The position numbers and the translations under genes were made by a program. From positions 16,859 through 80,858 of the forward strand of contig NZ_BAABCY010000086.1 in the NCBI RefSeq assembly GCF_039539345.1: a stretch of 64,000 nucleotides of DNA. Reading direction: 5' to 3'. The notes under the pieces are model-generated. The model was not told the origin of the DNA and ran no database searches. It saw nothing but the letters and a program-made list of their open reading frames with translations. This DNA is from Snuella lapsa. Its GTDB lineage: Bacteria > Bacteroidota > Bacteroidia > Flavobacteriales > Flavobacteriaceae. This document shows, in pieces, positions 9,772 through 20,407 of the stretch; the first letter of the stretch is position 1; each line of letters opens with the position of its first letter.

Positions 9772-10251
9772 ATGGGGAAAATAAAATTAGACGAAATCGA
9801 CCACCAAATTCTTGATATGTTAATCGACAACACAAGAATTCCTTTTACGGATATTGCAAAAAAACTATTGATCTCGGCCGGAACGGTTCATGTTAGGGTG
9901 AAAAAGATGGAGGAATCCGGTATTATTAGAGGTTCGTCCCTAACTTTAGACTATAAAAAACTGGGGTATTCGTTCATTGCCTATGTAGGCGTATTTTTGA
10001 ATAATACATCACAAACAAAGTTTGTTTTAGAGCGCGTTAACGAAATACCTTTTGTTACGGTTGCACATATTACAACAGGGAAATTCAATATCTTTTGTAA
10101 AATTAGGGCTAAAAGTACTGAGCATGCTAAGGAGGTTATTTTTATGCTAGATGATATTGAAGGGGTTTACAGGACAGAGACCATGATTTCTCTAGAAGAG
10201 AGCATAAATGATAAAAAACGATTGATGCACTCTATTTTTAATGAAATGTAA
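9772..10251 (+). CDS. Lrp/AsnC-family transcriptional regulator
   Basis: N-terminal HTH (ILDMLIDNTRIPFTDIAKKLLISAGTVHVRVKKMEESGII) plus a RAM-like C-terminal domain. Confidence 0.8.
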   Translation: MGKIKLDEIDHQILDMLIDNTRIPFTDIAKKLLISAGTVHVRVKKMEESGIIRGSSLTLDYKKLGYSFIAYVGVFLNNTSQTKFVLERVNEIPFVTVAHITTGKFNIFCKIRAKSTEHAKEVIFMLDDIEGVYRTETMISLEESINDKKRLMHSIFNEM

Positions 10252-10279
10252 TTCTTAAGAAGAAAGATTCTAATAGCAA

Positions 10280-10330
10280 AAGTCCTCACCAATGCATATG
10301 CAAAAATGTATTGGTGAGGACTTTTCTTTT
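10280..10330. terminator. Bidirectional intrinsic terminator (aagtcctcaccaat / attggtgaggactt, then T-run)
   Basis: 14-bp perfect stem between convergent genes. Confidence 0.65.
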
Positions 10331-10406
10331 AGCATAACTACCTCAGAACATTCACGCGAGGCTAGGCTTAGGGCATTTAAAAATCGATTATTGAGTAAAA
10401 ATTATA

Positions 10407-10715
10407 CTATTCCTCTTCGTCTTTTAAAATTTCTGAAGAAATTATGGGCTCGCCAGTATCAACCACAACATTTCCCAAATCATTAACTTCAACGTTGTCT
10501 TTGTCAAAATTAGTCATCGTATAATGAAGTTTACTGCTCACTTTTACTAAATAAATAGCTTCGTTAGTTCTTATTTCTACCGCTTCAATGGTTTGGTTGT
10601 GATGGTCGTCAAACTTTATAATATCGTCATCCCCATAGCCGTCTGGAAATTTTTCTGTTAGAAGTTTCAGTACTTCAGGGGTTAGCTTTTTGTAATCAAC
10701 AATAATTCTCTTCAT
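10407..10715 (-). CDS. Small acidic hypothetical protein
   Basis: 102 aa clean ORF. Confidence 0.4.
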   Translation of the reverse strand: MKRIIVDYKKLTPEVLKLLTEKFPDGYGDDDIIKFDDHHNQTIEAVEIRTNEAIYLVKVSSKLHYTMTNFDKDNVEVNDLGNVVVDTGEPIISSEILKDEEE

Positions 10716-10807
10716 AGTTAAAAAAATTTTTGGTTGACATTAAACTAATTCTATTCTGAGAGAAATAGCAACTTCTATAAATTTACAAATTATTTTGAAT
10801 TTAAAAG

Positions 10808-11875
10808 TTAACTCGCATAAAATTTGAAGGCTTCTAAAATAATTTTGTCTTCTACTAGGCAATCAATCTTAGGTTTCCCGATGGCTTCCAGAAGGACAAA
10901 GTTTATGTTGCCGTGATAGTTCTTTTTATCGTACTTGAGCAAATCCATTATTTGAGGGTAGTCATTCTCTGTTATTTCAACGTGTCCGTAATGTCCTTTT
11001 AGGATGTTTTTAATCTCTAATGTGGTTTCCTTTGGGAAACCTGTTAGTTCTGTTGAAATATAGCTGGCTAACACCATCCCAATAACAATGGCTTCTCCGT
11101 GTAATAAGGTTGTCTTGTCCGGATTGCTTAAAAAATAAGATTCTATAGCGTGACCCAGGGTGTGACCATAATTCAAGGTCTTTCTTAGTCCACTTTCAAA
11201 AGGGTCGATATCAACAACATGTTTTTTTATGAGTACCGATTCATAAATAAGCTCGTCTAAATCATCTAAAGTCAATTTCGATAAATCCTTGAACTTATTC
11301 CAATACGATACATTGTTAATTAGTCCATGCTTTAACATTTCGGCAAGACCAGAGCGCATTTGGTTTTGTGGTAAAGTACTTAAAAATTGAGTATCAATAA
11401 GTACTATGTCTGGTGTGCTAATAACACCAATTTGGTTTTTTAAATGACCAAGGTCAACGCCAGTTTTGCCTCCAACAGATGCGTCTACCATTGCTAGTAA
11501 TGACGTAGGCACATTAATATAGGCTATTCCTCTTTTAAATGTTGATGCTACAAAACCGCCAAGGTCGGTAATAACACCGCCACCAATATTTATAAGCAAG
11601 CTCTTCCTGTCTGCATCAAGCTCAGAAAGTGTATTCCAAACCCCTACGCACGTATCTATAGTTTTATGTTCTTCGCCAGCTTCGATTTCAATGATCTCTA
11701 TGGCTGTGTCTGTTTCTAATTTGGATAAAAAATAAGGCAAGCAATTTTCATGTGTGTTCTCGTCAACCAAAATAAAGATTTTAGAAAAGTTGTTCTCTTT
11801 AAGGTGTTGGTTTATAGAGGGGAAACAAGCGTCGTTAAAGTGAATTATCCCGTTGTTTGCTGTAATAGAATCCAT
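10808..11875 (-). CDS. aroB: 3-dehydroquinate synthase
   Basis: GGGVITDLGGFVA and VDASVGGKTGV motifs diagnostic of AroB. Confidence 0.85.
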   Translation of the reverse strand: MDSITANNGIIHFNDACFPSINQHLKENNFSKIFILVDENTHENCLPYFLSKLETDTAIEIIEIEAGEEHKTIDTCVGVWNTLSELDADRKSLLINIGGGVITDLGGFVASTFKRGIAYINVPTSLLAMVDASVGGKTGVDLGHLKNQIGVISTPDIVLIDTQFLSTLPQNQMRSGLAEMLKHGLINNVSYWNKFKDLSKLTLDDLDELIYESVLIKKHVVDIDPFESGLRKTLNYGHTLGHAIESYFLSNPDKTTLLHGEAIVIGMVLASYISTELTGFPKETTLEIKNILKGHYGHVEITENDYPQIMDLLKYDKKNYHGNINFVLLEAIGKPKIDCLVEDKIILEAFKFYAS

Positions 11876-11972
11876 AAAATAATTGCTTTTTTTTTAAGGC
11901 TGTGAAATTAAGGAGAATTTTATATAAATGGTAACTTAGGATAATTATATTTGCGAAAATTTTTCATTTATA

Positions 11973-13148
11973 ATGCGTACAGATCGAATATTTGATAATA
12001 CAGAAATTGCGTTCTCCTTAAAAAGTGATTCTGAGTTAGAACGTGCATATTATTTATTTAAAATGATTTCTATAGAGCCTTTGGTGCGTATTGGAACCAA
12101 AGCTACTAATTTGGCTATTAAGGCCAAGTTACCTGTTGATGGATTGATACGTTCTACGGTTTTCGATCATTTTTGTGGAGGGGTTAGCGAAGAAGATTGT
12201 TTGCCCGTGATTGAAAAAATGTACGATAAAGGTGTTAGCTCTGTTTTAGATTATTCAGTAGAAGGGAAGGAAGTTGAGAATGAGTTTGACGCTGCTTTGG
12301 ATATAACACTTAAAATTATTGATTTTTCAAAATCTATCGATGCTATGCCAATTGCTGTGTTTAAACCAACAGGATTTGGCAGGTTTTATTTATATGAAAA
12401 ACTAGGTAGAGGAGAAACGCTTACAGATAAAGAGCAGGCCGAATGGGGCAAAGTAGTAGATCGTTTTGATTTAGTGTGTAAAAAGGCCAAAGAAAATAAT
12501 ATAGCTGTTTTAATTGATGCAGAGGAGAGCTGGATGCAAGATGCAGCCGACGATCTGGTGACGGCCATGATGAAAAAATACAATACCGAAAAACCGGTTG
12601 TTTTCAATACCTTACAGATGTACAGGCACGATAGGTTTGCGTTTTTAAAACAACAACATGCAGAAGCCAAAAAAGAAGGTTACTATTTGGGGTATAAATT
12701 GGTTCGTGGTGCCTATATGGAAAAAGAGAACGAACGTGCCGAGGAAAAAGGTTATGTGTCCCCGATTTGTGTTAATAAAGAGGCTACCGATGTTAATTTC
12801 AATAAAGCAGTAATGTATATGCTCGATAATATAGAGGATATGTCTCTATTTGCTGGGACCCATAACGAAGAAAGCTCGTACTTGTTAATGGATATTATGC
12901 AGGAAAAAGGACTTAAAGCCAATGACGACCGTATTTGGTTTGGTCAGCTTTACGGAATGAGTGACCATATAAGTTTTAATTTGGCAAAAAGAGGCTACAA
13001 TGTCGCTAAGTACATTCCGTTTGGTCCTGTAAAAGATGTTATGCCCTACCTTATAAGAAGAGCGGAAGAAAACACTTCTGTGGCCGGACAAACGGGGCGG
13101 GAACTCATGTTGTTGTCTAAAGAGAGAAAACGAAGAAAAAAACGATAG
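11973..13148 (+). CDS. Proline dehydrogenase (stand-alone PutA-like PRODH)
   Basis: About 390 aa; matches the stand-alone proline dehydrogenase family common in Bacteroidota. Confidence 0.65.
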   Translation: MRTDRIFDNTEIAFSLKSDSELERAYYLFKMISIEPLVRIGTKATNLAIKAKLPVDGLIRSTVFDHFCGGVSEEDCLPVIEKMYDKGVSSVLDYSVEGKEVENEFDAALDITLKIIDFSKSIDAMPIAVFKPTGFGRFYLYEKLGRGETLTDKEQAEWGKVVDRFDLVCKKAKENNIAVLIDAEESWMQDAADDLVTAMMKKYNTEKPVVFNTLQMYRHDRFAFLKQQHAEAKKEGYYLGYKLVRGAYMEKENERAEEKGYVSPICVNKEATDVNFNKAVMYMLDNIEDMSLFAGTHNEESSYLLMDIMQEKGLKANDDRIWFGQLYGMSDHISFNLAKRGYNVAKYIPFGPVKDVMPYLIRRAEENTSVAGQTGRELMLLSKERKRRKKR

Positions 13149-13189
13149 TTTTTTCTTGAAAAGCCTCAAGTTTATAGTAAGCAAATAAC

Positions 13190-13561
13190 TTATTTTTTAG
13201 CAAAGTTTATTACGGTAGCTATACTGTCGCAATTCTCAACCGTTAAAACAATATCATTTTCATTATAAAGCCCCTGTACAATATAAGTTGCACAGGGTTT
13301 TTTGTGCGTTTCACTTTTTGAAAAATCGATGTCGCCTTGTTTTAATATGTAGCGAATACCTGTAGAATCAACAGTCTTGTCTGTAATGGCTCTTTGAATA
13401 TCGTCACTAAACAATATCTTTTTGGAATTGATATTTTTTATCACCCTTGCCTGGGGACCATAACTACAAGAAACTTTTTTACCATTTAAGAAGAAGGCCA
13501 AAACGATCAATCCTATGGAAAACCCTCCCAGATAATATCCAATGCGTTGTAATAAAGTCAT
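13190..13561 (-). CDS. Hypothetical membrane-anchored protein
   Basis: N-terminal TM segment. Confidence 0.4.
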   Translation of the reverse strand: MTLLQRIGYYLGGFSIGLIVLAFFLNGKKVSCSYGPQARVIKNINSKKILFSDDIQRAITDKTVDSTGIRYILKQGDIDFSKSETHKKPCATYIVQGLYNENDIVLTVENCDSIATVINFAKK

Positions 13562-13622
13562 ATAAAAATGTAAAAACTTTTAATTGAAGCGGCTAATGAA
13601 CGCATAATAGCATAGAGGATTG

Positions 13623-14822
13623 TTAAAATACGAGCAAATTAATGTCGCTGTAATTTAAATCGAACCATTCACCAACCGATTTACTGGTTAAAATACCGTG
13701 GTAAAAATACAACCCATTTTTTAAACCTCTATCAAATCTCAGAGAATTTTCTATACCACCTTCTTCCGCTATTTTCAATAAGTAAGGCGTAAAAATATTA
13801 CTTATTGATATGGAAGCTGTACGGGAATACCTTGCAAGAATATTGGGGACGCAATAATGGATAACATCATGTTTAATAAACGTTGGATTTTTATGGGTTG
13901 TTACCTCACTGGTTTCAAAGCAACCACCCATATCTATACTCACGTCAATTACAATGGCCCTTTTCTTCATGTTTTGGACCATCTCTTCAGAAACGATAAT
14001 AGGTGACCTGTTTTTGCCCCGCACCGCACCAATAACCACATCACAACGTTTAAGTGCCTTTGTTAGGTTTTTTGGTTGTATGGTAGATGTAAAAAGTGGG
14101 CGACCCAAGTTTGTTTGAATGCGTCTCAGTTTGGTAATCGAATTGTCAAATATTTTTACGTTCGCTCCCAGACCCAATGAACTTCTGGCGGCAAATTCGC
14201 CAACTGTCCCTGCACCAATGATAACGACTTCGGCTGGTGGCACACCGCTTATGTTCCCAAACATTAACCCATTACCTTCATTGTTTCCCGATAGTAACTC
14301 TGCTGCGATTAAAACAGATGCCGTTCCTGCTATTTCGCTTAAGGAGCGTACGGCAGGGTAGGTGCCATCGGCATCACGGATGAACTCAAAGGCCAGGGCA
14401 GTAATGCGCTTAGCCGCTAAAACTTCGAAATACTTTTTCGTTTGTGTTTTTAATTGAAGTGCCGATATGAGTATGGCTTGCGGATTGATAAGTTTTATTT
14501 GTTCTAAACTGGGAGGTTCCACTTTAAGTATCATAGGACAGGCAAATACCTTGGCCGTGTCCTTGGTTATTTCTGCGCCAGCTTCGCTATAATCCTTGTC
14601 ACTAAAGCTCGCTCCAAGCCCTGCGCCAGATTCCACTAAAACCCTGTGCCCGTTACTAACAAGTGCAGATACGGCATCTGGTGTTAGGCATACGCGTTTT
14701 TCCTGAAAGGCCGTTTCCTTTGGAATGCCAATAAAAAGTTCACCTTTATGCTTAAATACTTCAAGGGTTTCTTCTTGCGGAATTAATTGCTGCTTGGTAA
14801 AGGGAGAAATGGCTTTGGACAT
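13623..14822 (-). CDS. Alanine dehydrogenase / PNT-like NAD-binding protein
   Basis: AlaDH/PNT N-terminal domain and Rossmann GxGxxG (VVIIGAGTVG). Confidence 0.6.
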   Translation of the reverse strand: MSKAISPFTKQQLIPQEETLEVFKHKGELFIGIPKETAFQEKRVCLTPDAVSALVSNGHRVLVESGAGLGASFSDKDYSEAGAEITKDTAKVFACPMILKVEPPSLEQIKLINPQAILISALQLKTQTKKYFEVLAAKRITALAFEFIRDADGTYPAVRSLSEIAGTASVLIAAELLSGNNEGNGLMFGNISGVPPAEVVIIGAGTVGEFAARSSLGLGANVKIFDNSITKLRRIQTNLGRPLFTSTIQPKNLTKALKRCDVVIGAVRGKNRSPIIVSEEMVQNMKKRAIVIDVSIDMGGCFETSEVTTHKNPTFIKHDVIHYCVPNILARYSRTASISISNIFTPYLLKIAEEGGIENSLRFDRGLKNGLYFYHGILTSKSVGEWFDLNYSDINLLVF

Positions 14823-15079
14823 GTTTTTAATTGGTTTAAAAAATTAAATTACAAATAATTTTCTTATTGCTAAGCAATTTCTAAAATAATCATTAAAGTT
14901 TTTAGGCTCATAATTTATTTGTAAAAATCACAGTCATGCAAAAGATTGACCTAAGACCGCTACGCTTTTATATTTAAGAAATTAGATTGGTTGTAAAAAC
15001 TTTAAAGGTGATAGGTTTTACAAGAAACAGTTTAGATAAATAAATTAATTATTTTAAGTTTGTAGAGATATAAAAATGT

Positions 15080-17512
15080 ATGGCCTCTAAACTAACAACT
15101 TTCCTCTTGTTTTTATGTTCCCTTTCGAGTGTTGCACAAGATTTTGTGATATCTGGCCGTGTTCTGGATCAAGATAATAAGGTGGTGGCCTATGCCAACG
15201 TTGTGTTGTTAAATGCAAAGGATTCATTGGCTGTTGGAGGCGCTACCACTGATGAAAATGGTGATTTTAAGCTGGAAAGGGTCAAGCCCAATGCTTATGT
15301 TTTAAAGATTAGTTTTTTAGGTTTTGAATCTTATGAAACCGCTATCGACCTAAAAGAAAACACAAGTATTGGTACTGTTGTTTTAAAGGAGGCTAACCAG
15401 ACACTCGATGGTGTGGTGGTGGTTGCAAAACGCCCAACCGTAAAACGCATGGTTGATCGTTTGGTGTTTAGTGTTGAGAATTCTACTTTGTCCAATTCCA
15501 ATGTTTTGGACGTTTTAAAACACACACCGGGCGTTTTGGTGCATGACGATAAAATAACCGTAAAAAACACCTTGCCAACCGTTTATATAAACGACAGGAA
15601 GGTGCATTTGTCTATAGAAGAAGTACAGCAGCTTTTAGAGGGCACTTCGGCTACCAATGTAAAATCTGTGGAGGTTATTACCAATCCGCCAGCCAAGTAC
15701 GAAGCAGAAGGCGGTGCTGTGCTTAATATTGTTACGAGCAAGAATATTATAGCTGGCTATAATGGTAGTGTTTTTGGAAATTACAAGCAAGGACATGAGT
15801 ATCCCAAATACAGCTTTGGTACAAGCCATTTTTTTAAGAGTAAAAAAATTAACACTTATATAAATTATAATATTAATCCACGAAAAGATTTTAGGGAGGT
15901 TAGTGAGCACATTAATTTTATGGATAATAATGCCATAACCTCCAAATGGGAATCCGATTCCGAGGAACGAAGCAAGTCTGCCAACCAGAACATCAATGCC
16001 AATATCGATTATGAATTAAGCAAGCGAGATGCCTTAAGCTTTGCAGCAAATGTATTGATTGAACCAAGGGAAAATACAAAAAAGGGTGTTAATTCTACAA
16101 CTAAAGTGTTTGATGCAAATAAAAACTTGGATTCTATATTCAACACGTTTAACAATTCTGTAAAAGAAACCTTTAACTTGGCCTTCACCTTAGATTATAT
16201 TCATAAGTTTAAAAGACAAGGAGAAAAACTATCGGCCAGTATACATAATACGCATTATGATAATTCAGGATTCCAAGATGTAAGTACGGGATATTTTTTT
16301 CCTGATAATGAAACACCGTTTAGGAGAAATAAGTTTCAAACCTTTACGAGCCAACATATACATTTATCAACAGGGCAATTGGATTACGAGCTACCAAGCC
16401 ATGCTAACAATACTTTATTTGAGGCTGGTGCAAAAGTCTCTAAGATAAGCTCCGATAATATTTTAACGCAGTATGTTTTTGTAAATGATGTTAAGGAAGA
16501 GGATTTAGAGAACTCAGACAATTTTTTGTATGATGAAACAAATTACGCTTCCTATGTCAGCTTTTCAAAGGATTGGAATTCATGGAGCTTAAAGTCTGGC
16601 CTACGAGTTGAGCATACAAGTATTAGTGGCAATTCGTTATCTACAGCACAGATAAATAAGACCAATTACACTAAATTTTTTCCATCATTGCATCTGTTGC
16701 ACAAACTAAATGATAAGGATGCATTGTATTTTAATTATAATCGCCGTATTTATCGCCCTAGGTATGCTCAGCTAAACCCTTTTAAATTCTTTTTAAACGA
16801 TAATGCCTATATAAGTGGAGATCCTAATTTAAAACCACAGATAGACGATTCATTTACCTTGGGATATACTATAAATAAAAAATATACATTTGAATTGTAT
16901 TATCGATATGAAAACAACCCTACCATCCAAATAGTATTCCAAGATAATGCCGACAAAATATTGAAGTATATCAATACTAATATTGATAAGAGTATCTCAT
17001 ATGGTTTAGACTTTACTACTTATGCTCCGATTGTACCTCGATGGAATTTGTATACGTTACTCTCTGCTTTTTATTATGACAACCAGTTTTTTGCATTAGA
17101 AAGTAGTAACCAATTAGAGCGAAATAGTAAATGGTCTTTCTACTCACAGGTAAATAATTATTTTGAGCTGCTAAAAGATAAAAGTCTATTATTGGATATT
17201 ACTTATCTGCACATCTCTCCAATAGCGGATGGGCCGACGGTTATAAGTTCCAGATCTGGTTTAAGTATAAATCTTAAAAAAACATTTTGGACAAATAAAG
17301 CCTCCATAAACTTAGGTTATCAAGATCTTTTTAACGGACAAAACTTTTCTACAACCACAAGATACTTGAATCAGGATATAAAATTAAATTCTAGAAGAGA
17401 GAATAGGTTATTTGTTCTAGGTTTTAATTATAATTTCGGGAACACCAGTTTAAAAAATAATGAAAAAGTTATCAGCACAGTTGAGCGAGAAAGACTAGTA
17501 AAAAATGATTAA
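15080..17512 (+). CDS. TonB-dependent outer-membrane receptor (carboxypeptidase-regulatory-like domain + plug + beta-barrel)
   Basis: Signal peptide, CarbopepD_reg-like N-terminus (FVISGRVLDQ), 810 aa, aromatic C-terminal beta-barrel region. Confidence 0.7.
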   Translation: MASKLTTFLLFLCSLSSVAQDFVISGRVLDQDNKVVAYANVVLLNAKDSLAVGGATTDENGDFKLERVKPNAYVLKISFLGFESYETAIDLKENTSIGTVVLKEANQTLDGVVVVAKRPTVKRMVDRLVFSVENSTLSNSNVLDVLKHTPGVLVHDDKITVKNTLPTVYINDRKVHLSIEEVQQLLEGTSATNVKSVEVITNPPAKYEAEGGAVLNIVTSKNIIAGYNGSVFGNYKQGHEYPKYSFGTSHFFKSKKINTYINYNINPRKDFREVSEHINFMDNNAITSKWESDSEERSKSANQNINANIDYELSKRDALSFAANVLIEPRENTKKGVNSTTKVFDANKNLDSIFNTFNNSVKETFNLAFTLDYIHKFKRQGEKLSASIHNTHYDNSGFQDVSTGYFFPDNETPFRRNKFQTFTSQHIHLSTGQLDYELPSHANNTLFEAGAKVSKISSDNILTQYVFVNDVKEEDLENSDNFLYDETNYASYVSFSKDWNSWSLKSGLRVEHTSISGNSLSTAQINKTNYTKFFPSLHLLHKLNDKDALYFNYNRRIYRPRYAQLNPFKFFLNDNAYISGDPNLKPQIDDSFTLGYTINKKYTFELYYRYENNPTIQIVFQDNADKILKYINTNIDKSISYGLDFTTYAPIVPRWNLYTLLSAFYYDNQFFALESSNQLERNSKWSFYSQVNNYFELLKDKSLLLDITYLHISPIADGPTVISSRSGLSINLKKTFWTNKASINLGYQDLFNGQNFSTTTRYLNQDIKLNSRRENRLFVLGFNYNFGNTSLKNNEKVISTVERERLVKND

Positions 17513-18057
17513 AAATATTGTTTAATTGTCTCCCAAAAGTTTTTCGGAGACAATTTAAATTCTTCTTCGAGTTCTTCTAAGGTTTTGTTGGCTTCATTAA
17601 TTTTATTGAATATTCTAGCTCTTATTAAATAAATAGAAGGTATCATAACAGCCATTACAGGTAGTAAGTAAAATATTTGATTTACCTCGGTGAATCTTAG
17701 GTCGTCATTAAATATTTCTATTATCTGATATAAATACATTGCTATTGGAACTAGTATTATATGATACCACCAATGTCTACAAGTAAACATCCAGACTAAT
17801 AATAATAAAAGAGGGATAATTTTACCAAGTAAAGTCCAAGTAAGAACTTGAATGTCTTCGTAGTAGTTGCTTGTATAAACACCAAAAAAAGTGTCCCAAC
17901 TTTTAGTAGCCGGAACACTTTCCCATACTGTAGATACATAAGGGGTAACTGCTATTAAAGTCGCAATTACACTTCCTATTACCAGCTCTTTCTTATTAAC
18001 GTTCTTGGCCTGGTATTTTAACTTTCGTTTTGTCGATTTTGACTGTTGTTGCTCCAT
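17509..18057 (-). CDS. Hypothetical polytopic membrane protein
   Basis: Several predicted TM helices; its 5' end overlaps a small upstream signal-peptide ORF (see findings). Confidence 0.45.
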   Translation of the reverse strand: MEQQQSKSTKRKLKYQAKNVNKKELVIGSVIATLIAVTPYVSTVWESVPATKSWDTFFGVYTSNYYEDIQVLTWTLLGKIIPLLLLLVWMFTCRHWWYHIILVPIAMYLYQIIEIFNDDLRFTEVNQIFYLLPVMAVMIPSIYLIRARIFNKINEANKTLEELEEEFKLSPKNFWETIKQYF

Positions 18058-18299
18058 CTAAGTTATAAGCGTTAACTGCCTGAGCTGTAAACAACACTCC
18101 TCCGAATATCGCGATTGCGATTAAATACTTTTTGGTTTTCATTTTAATAAGGGATTTAATTAATTAATTACCCAAATGTAACTAAAGCGTATTTTGAAGT
18201 TTGCGGTTAAATGTTAAAATTATGTTAAAAACAATGATTTTTTTATTTTACGCTACGGTATTACCGTAAAACTTCAATTTTCGAGGATTTTTGTGTTAT

Positions 18300-18764
18300 T
18301 TATATGTGCTCAACATGTGTTTCGGTTAAACGTTTCTTTAAATTCAATTTCAAGGTTCGTGACTGATCCGGGTTCAATTCCAATTCAATTTTGTCATATG
18401 CTTCCAGAACAATCATTTCAATTTTTTCCGGCCATTCTATAATCGACCAATCATTTGAAAACAAATAATCTTCTATTCCAAAATTATAAGCCTCTTCTAA
18501 GTCCTTTATTCTATACAAATCAAAATGGTATATCAACGTGTTATCTGTTTCATACTCATTAACTATAGAAAAGGTAGGGCTGCTTACTTCGTCGTTACTG
18601 CCCAAAGCCTTAGCTAAGGCTTTTATAAGTGTGGTTTTACCAACCCCCATTTCTCCATATAATAATAATGTCTTTGATGTAACACGCTTTAAGAGTGTTT
18701 TTGCGACATCGTTAACATCATCTAAGCTGTAATTAATTTCCAAATATTTCAATTTTTTATACAA
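18300..18764 (-). CDS. tsaE: tRNA t6A37 threonylcarbamoyladenosine biosynthesis protein TsaE
   Basis: P-loop LYGEMGVGKTTLIKA; YjeE/TsaE size and motifs. Confidence 0.8.
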   Translation of the reverse strand: MYKKLKYLEINYSLDDVNDVAKTLLKRVTSKTLLLYGEMGVGKTTLIKALAKALGSNDEVSSPTFSIVNEYETDNTLIYHFDLYRIKDLEEAYNFGIEDYLFSNDWSIIEWPEKIEMIVLEAYDKIELELNPDQSRTLKLNLKKRLTETHVEHI

Positions 18765-18835
18765 TAATACTAATAAAATCTGATAAAAACCAATAAATCA
18801 TGCATTTCGTCGGTGTTTTTAGTCATTACATGGAG

Positions 18836-20389
18836 TTATTTAGGGTTGAATATCACAATTGGGATAATCATTTCTTCTAAAGAAACACCACCGTGTTGAT
18901 AGGTGTTTCTGTAATAGCTCACGTAATGATTATAATTATTGGGGTAGGCAAAAAACAGATCGCCCTTTGCAAAAATATAAGAACTGCTCATATTAATGGC
19001 AGGTAAGTGTATACTTTTTGGGTCTTTCGCAACTAATACGTCTTTATTGTCGTAGGTTAAACTTTTGCCTGTTTTGTATCGTAGGTTTAAACTGGTATCT
19101 CTATCGCCGATAACTTTTGAGGGGTTTTTTACATTAATAGTACCATGATCGGTAGTTAAAATGAGTTTAAATCCCATTTGTTGTGCTAGTTGGATCATTT
19201 CCAGGAGGGGGGAGTTTTTAAACCAGCTTAGCGTTAAAGATCTATAGGCTTTGTCGTTTGAAGCCAATTCTTTAACGACTTCCATTTCGGTTTTGGCATG
19301 CGAAAGCATGTCAACAAAGTTATAAACTACAACGGTTAAATCGTTTTTTTTCAGGGATTTAAAATTGTCTACCAGCTTTTTTCCTGTTTTTAGGTTGGTG
19401 ATTTTGTGGTACTCGTAGTTTAGGTCGTTAAGTCCCAAGCGTTTCATTTGGCTTGCAAGAAACTTGTCTTCGTAAAGGTTTTTGCCGCCTTCGTCGGTAT
19501 CGTTTTTCCAATATTCTGGAAAGAGTTTTTCCATATCACTAGGCATCAAACCCGAAAACATTGCGTTGCGGGCATATTGTGTGGCTGTTGGCAGGATGCT
19601 AAAAAACGCTTCTTCTTTTTCTTTTTTATAGTAATTGCTAATTATAGGCTCAAAAGCTTTCCATTGGTCGTAACGTAAATTGTCGATTACTACCAATAAG
19701 GTAGGTTGCTCCTTGCTTAACTCGGGGGCTATCCTTTCCTTAAACAGGGTGTGCGACATTATTGGAGCTTCTGTTTGTGGTTCGAACCATTTTGAATAGT
19801 TTTTTTCAATAAACTTTCCAAATTGGGTATTGGCTTCCGTTTTTTGGGATTCCAATATTTCAAACATCCCGGCGTCTTCAATTGCTTCCAATTGAATTTC
19901 CCAGTAAATAAGTTTAAGGTATAGGCTAGTCCATTCTTCGTAACTGTTAACCATAGCTAATTCCATAGCAATTTTCCTAAACTCTTGTTGGTAGTTAGAA
20001 GTCGTCTTTTCGGATACAAGACGCGAAAGGTCCAGGTTCTTTTTTAAACTCAGCAATATTTGGTTGGGATTAACAGGCTTAATAAGGTAGTCGGCTATTT
20101 TATTTCCAATGGCCTCTTCCATAATATACTCTTCCTCACTTTTGGTTATCATGACCACGGGAAGTGTGTCTTGTTTTTCCTTGATTTCGTTTAAGGTTTC
20201 AAGTCCCGTAAGTCCGGGCATGTTTTCATCCAAAAATACAATGTCAAAGTTTTTTTCGTCCAACATTTCTATAGCTTCCGTGCCACTTGTACAGGTCGTT
20301 ACATCGTAATGTTTTTGCTCAAGAAATAAAATATGGGGCTTTAATAGATCTATTTCGTCATCAACCCAAAGTATTTGTATGGTATTCAT
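18836..20389 (-). CDS. porX: Response-regulator receiver + PglZ (alkaline-phosphatase-like) domain protein, PorX-like
   Basis: N-terminal REC domain (LWVDDE...FLDENMPGLTG), about 390 aa PglZ-like C-terminus; architecture matches PorX of the type IX secretion regulatory pathway. Confidence 0.6.
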   Translation of the reverse strand: MNTIQILWVDDEIDLLKPHILFLEQKHYDVTTCTSGTEAIEMLDEKNFDIVFLDENMPGLTGLETLNEIKEKQDTLPVVMITKSEEEYIMEEAIGNKIADYLIKPVNPNQILLSLKKNLDLSRLVSEKTTSNYQQEFRKIAMELAMVNSYEEWTSLYLKLIYWEIQLEAIEDAGMFEILESQKTEANTQFGKFIEKNYSKWFEPQTEAPIMSHTLFKERIAPELSKEQPTLLVVIDNLRYDQWKAFEPIISNYYKKEKEEAFFSILPTATQYARNAMFSGLMPSDMEKLFPEYWKNDTDEGGKNLYEDKFLASQMKRLGLNDLNYEYHKITNLKTGKKLVDNFKSLKKNDLTVVVYNFVDMLSHAKTEMEVVKELASNDKAYRSLTLSWFKNSPLLEMIQLAQQMGFKLILTTDHGTINVKNPSKVIGDRDTSLNLRYKTGKSLTYDNKDVLVAKDPKSIHLPAINMSSSYIFAKGDLFFAYPNNYNHYVSYYRNTYQHGGVSLEEMIIPIVIFNPK

Positions 20390-20407
20390 ATAAGTTTTAT
20401 AAAATTG

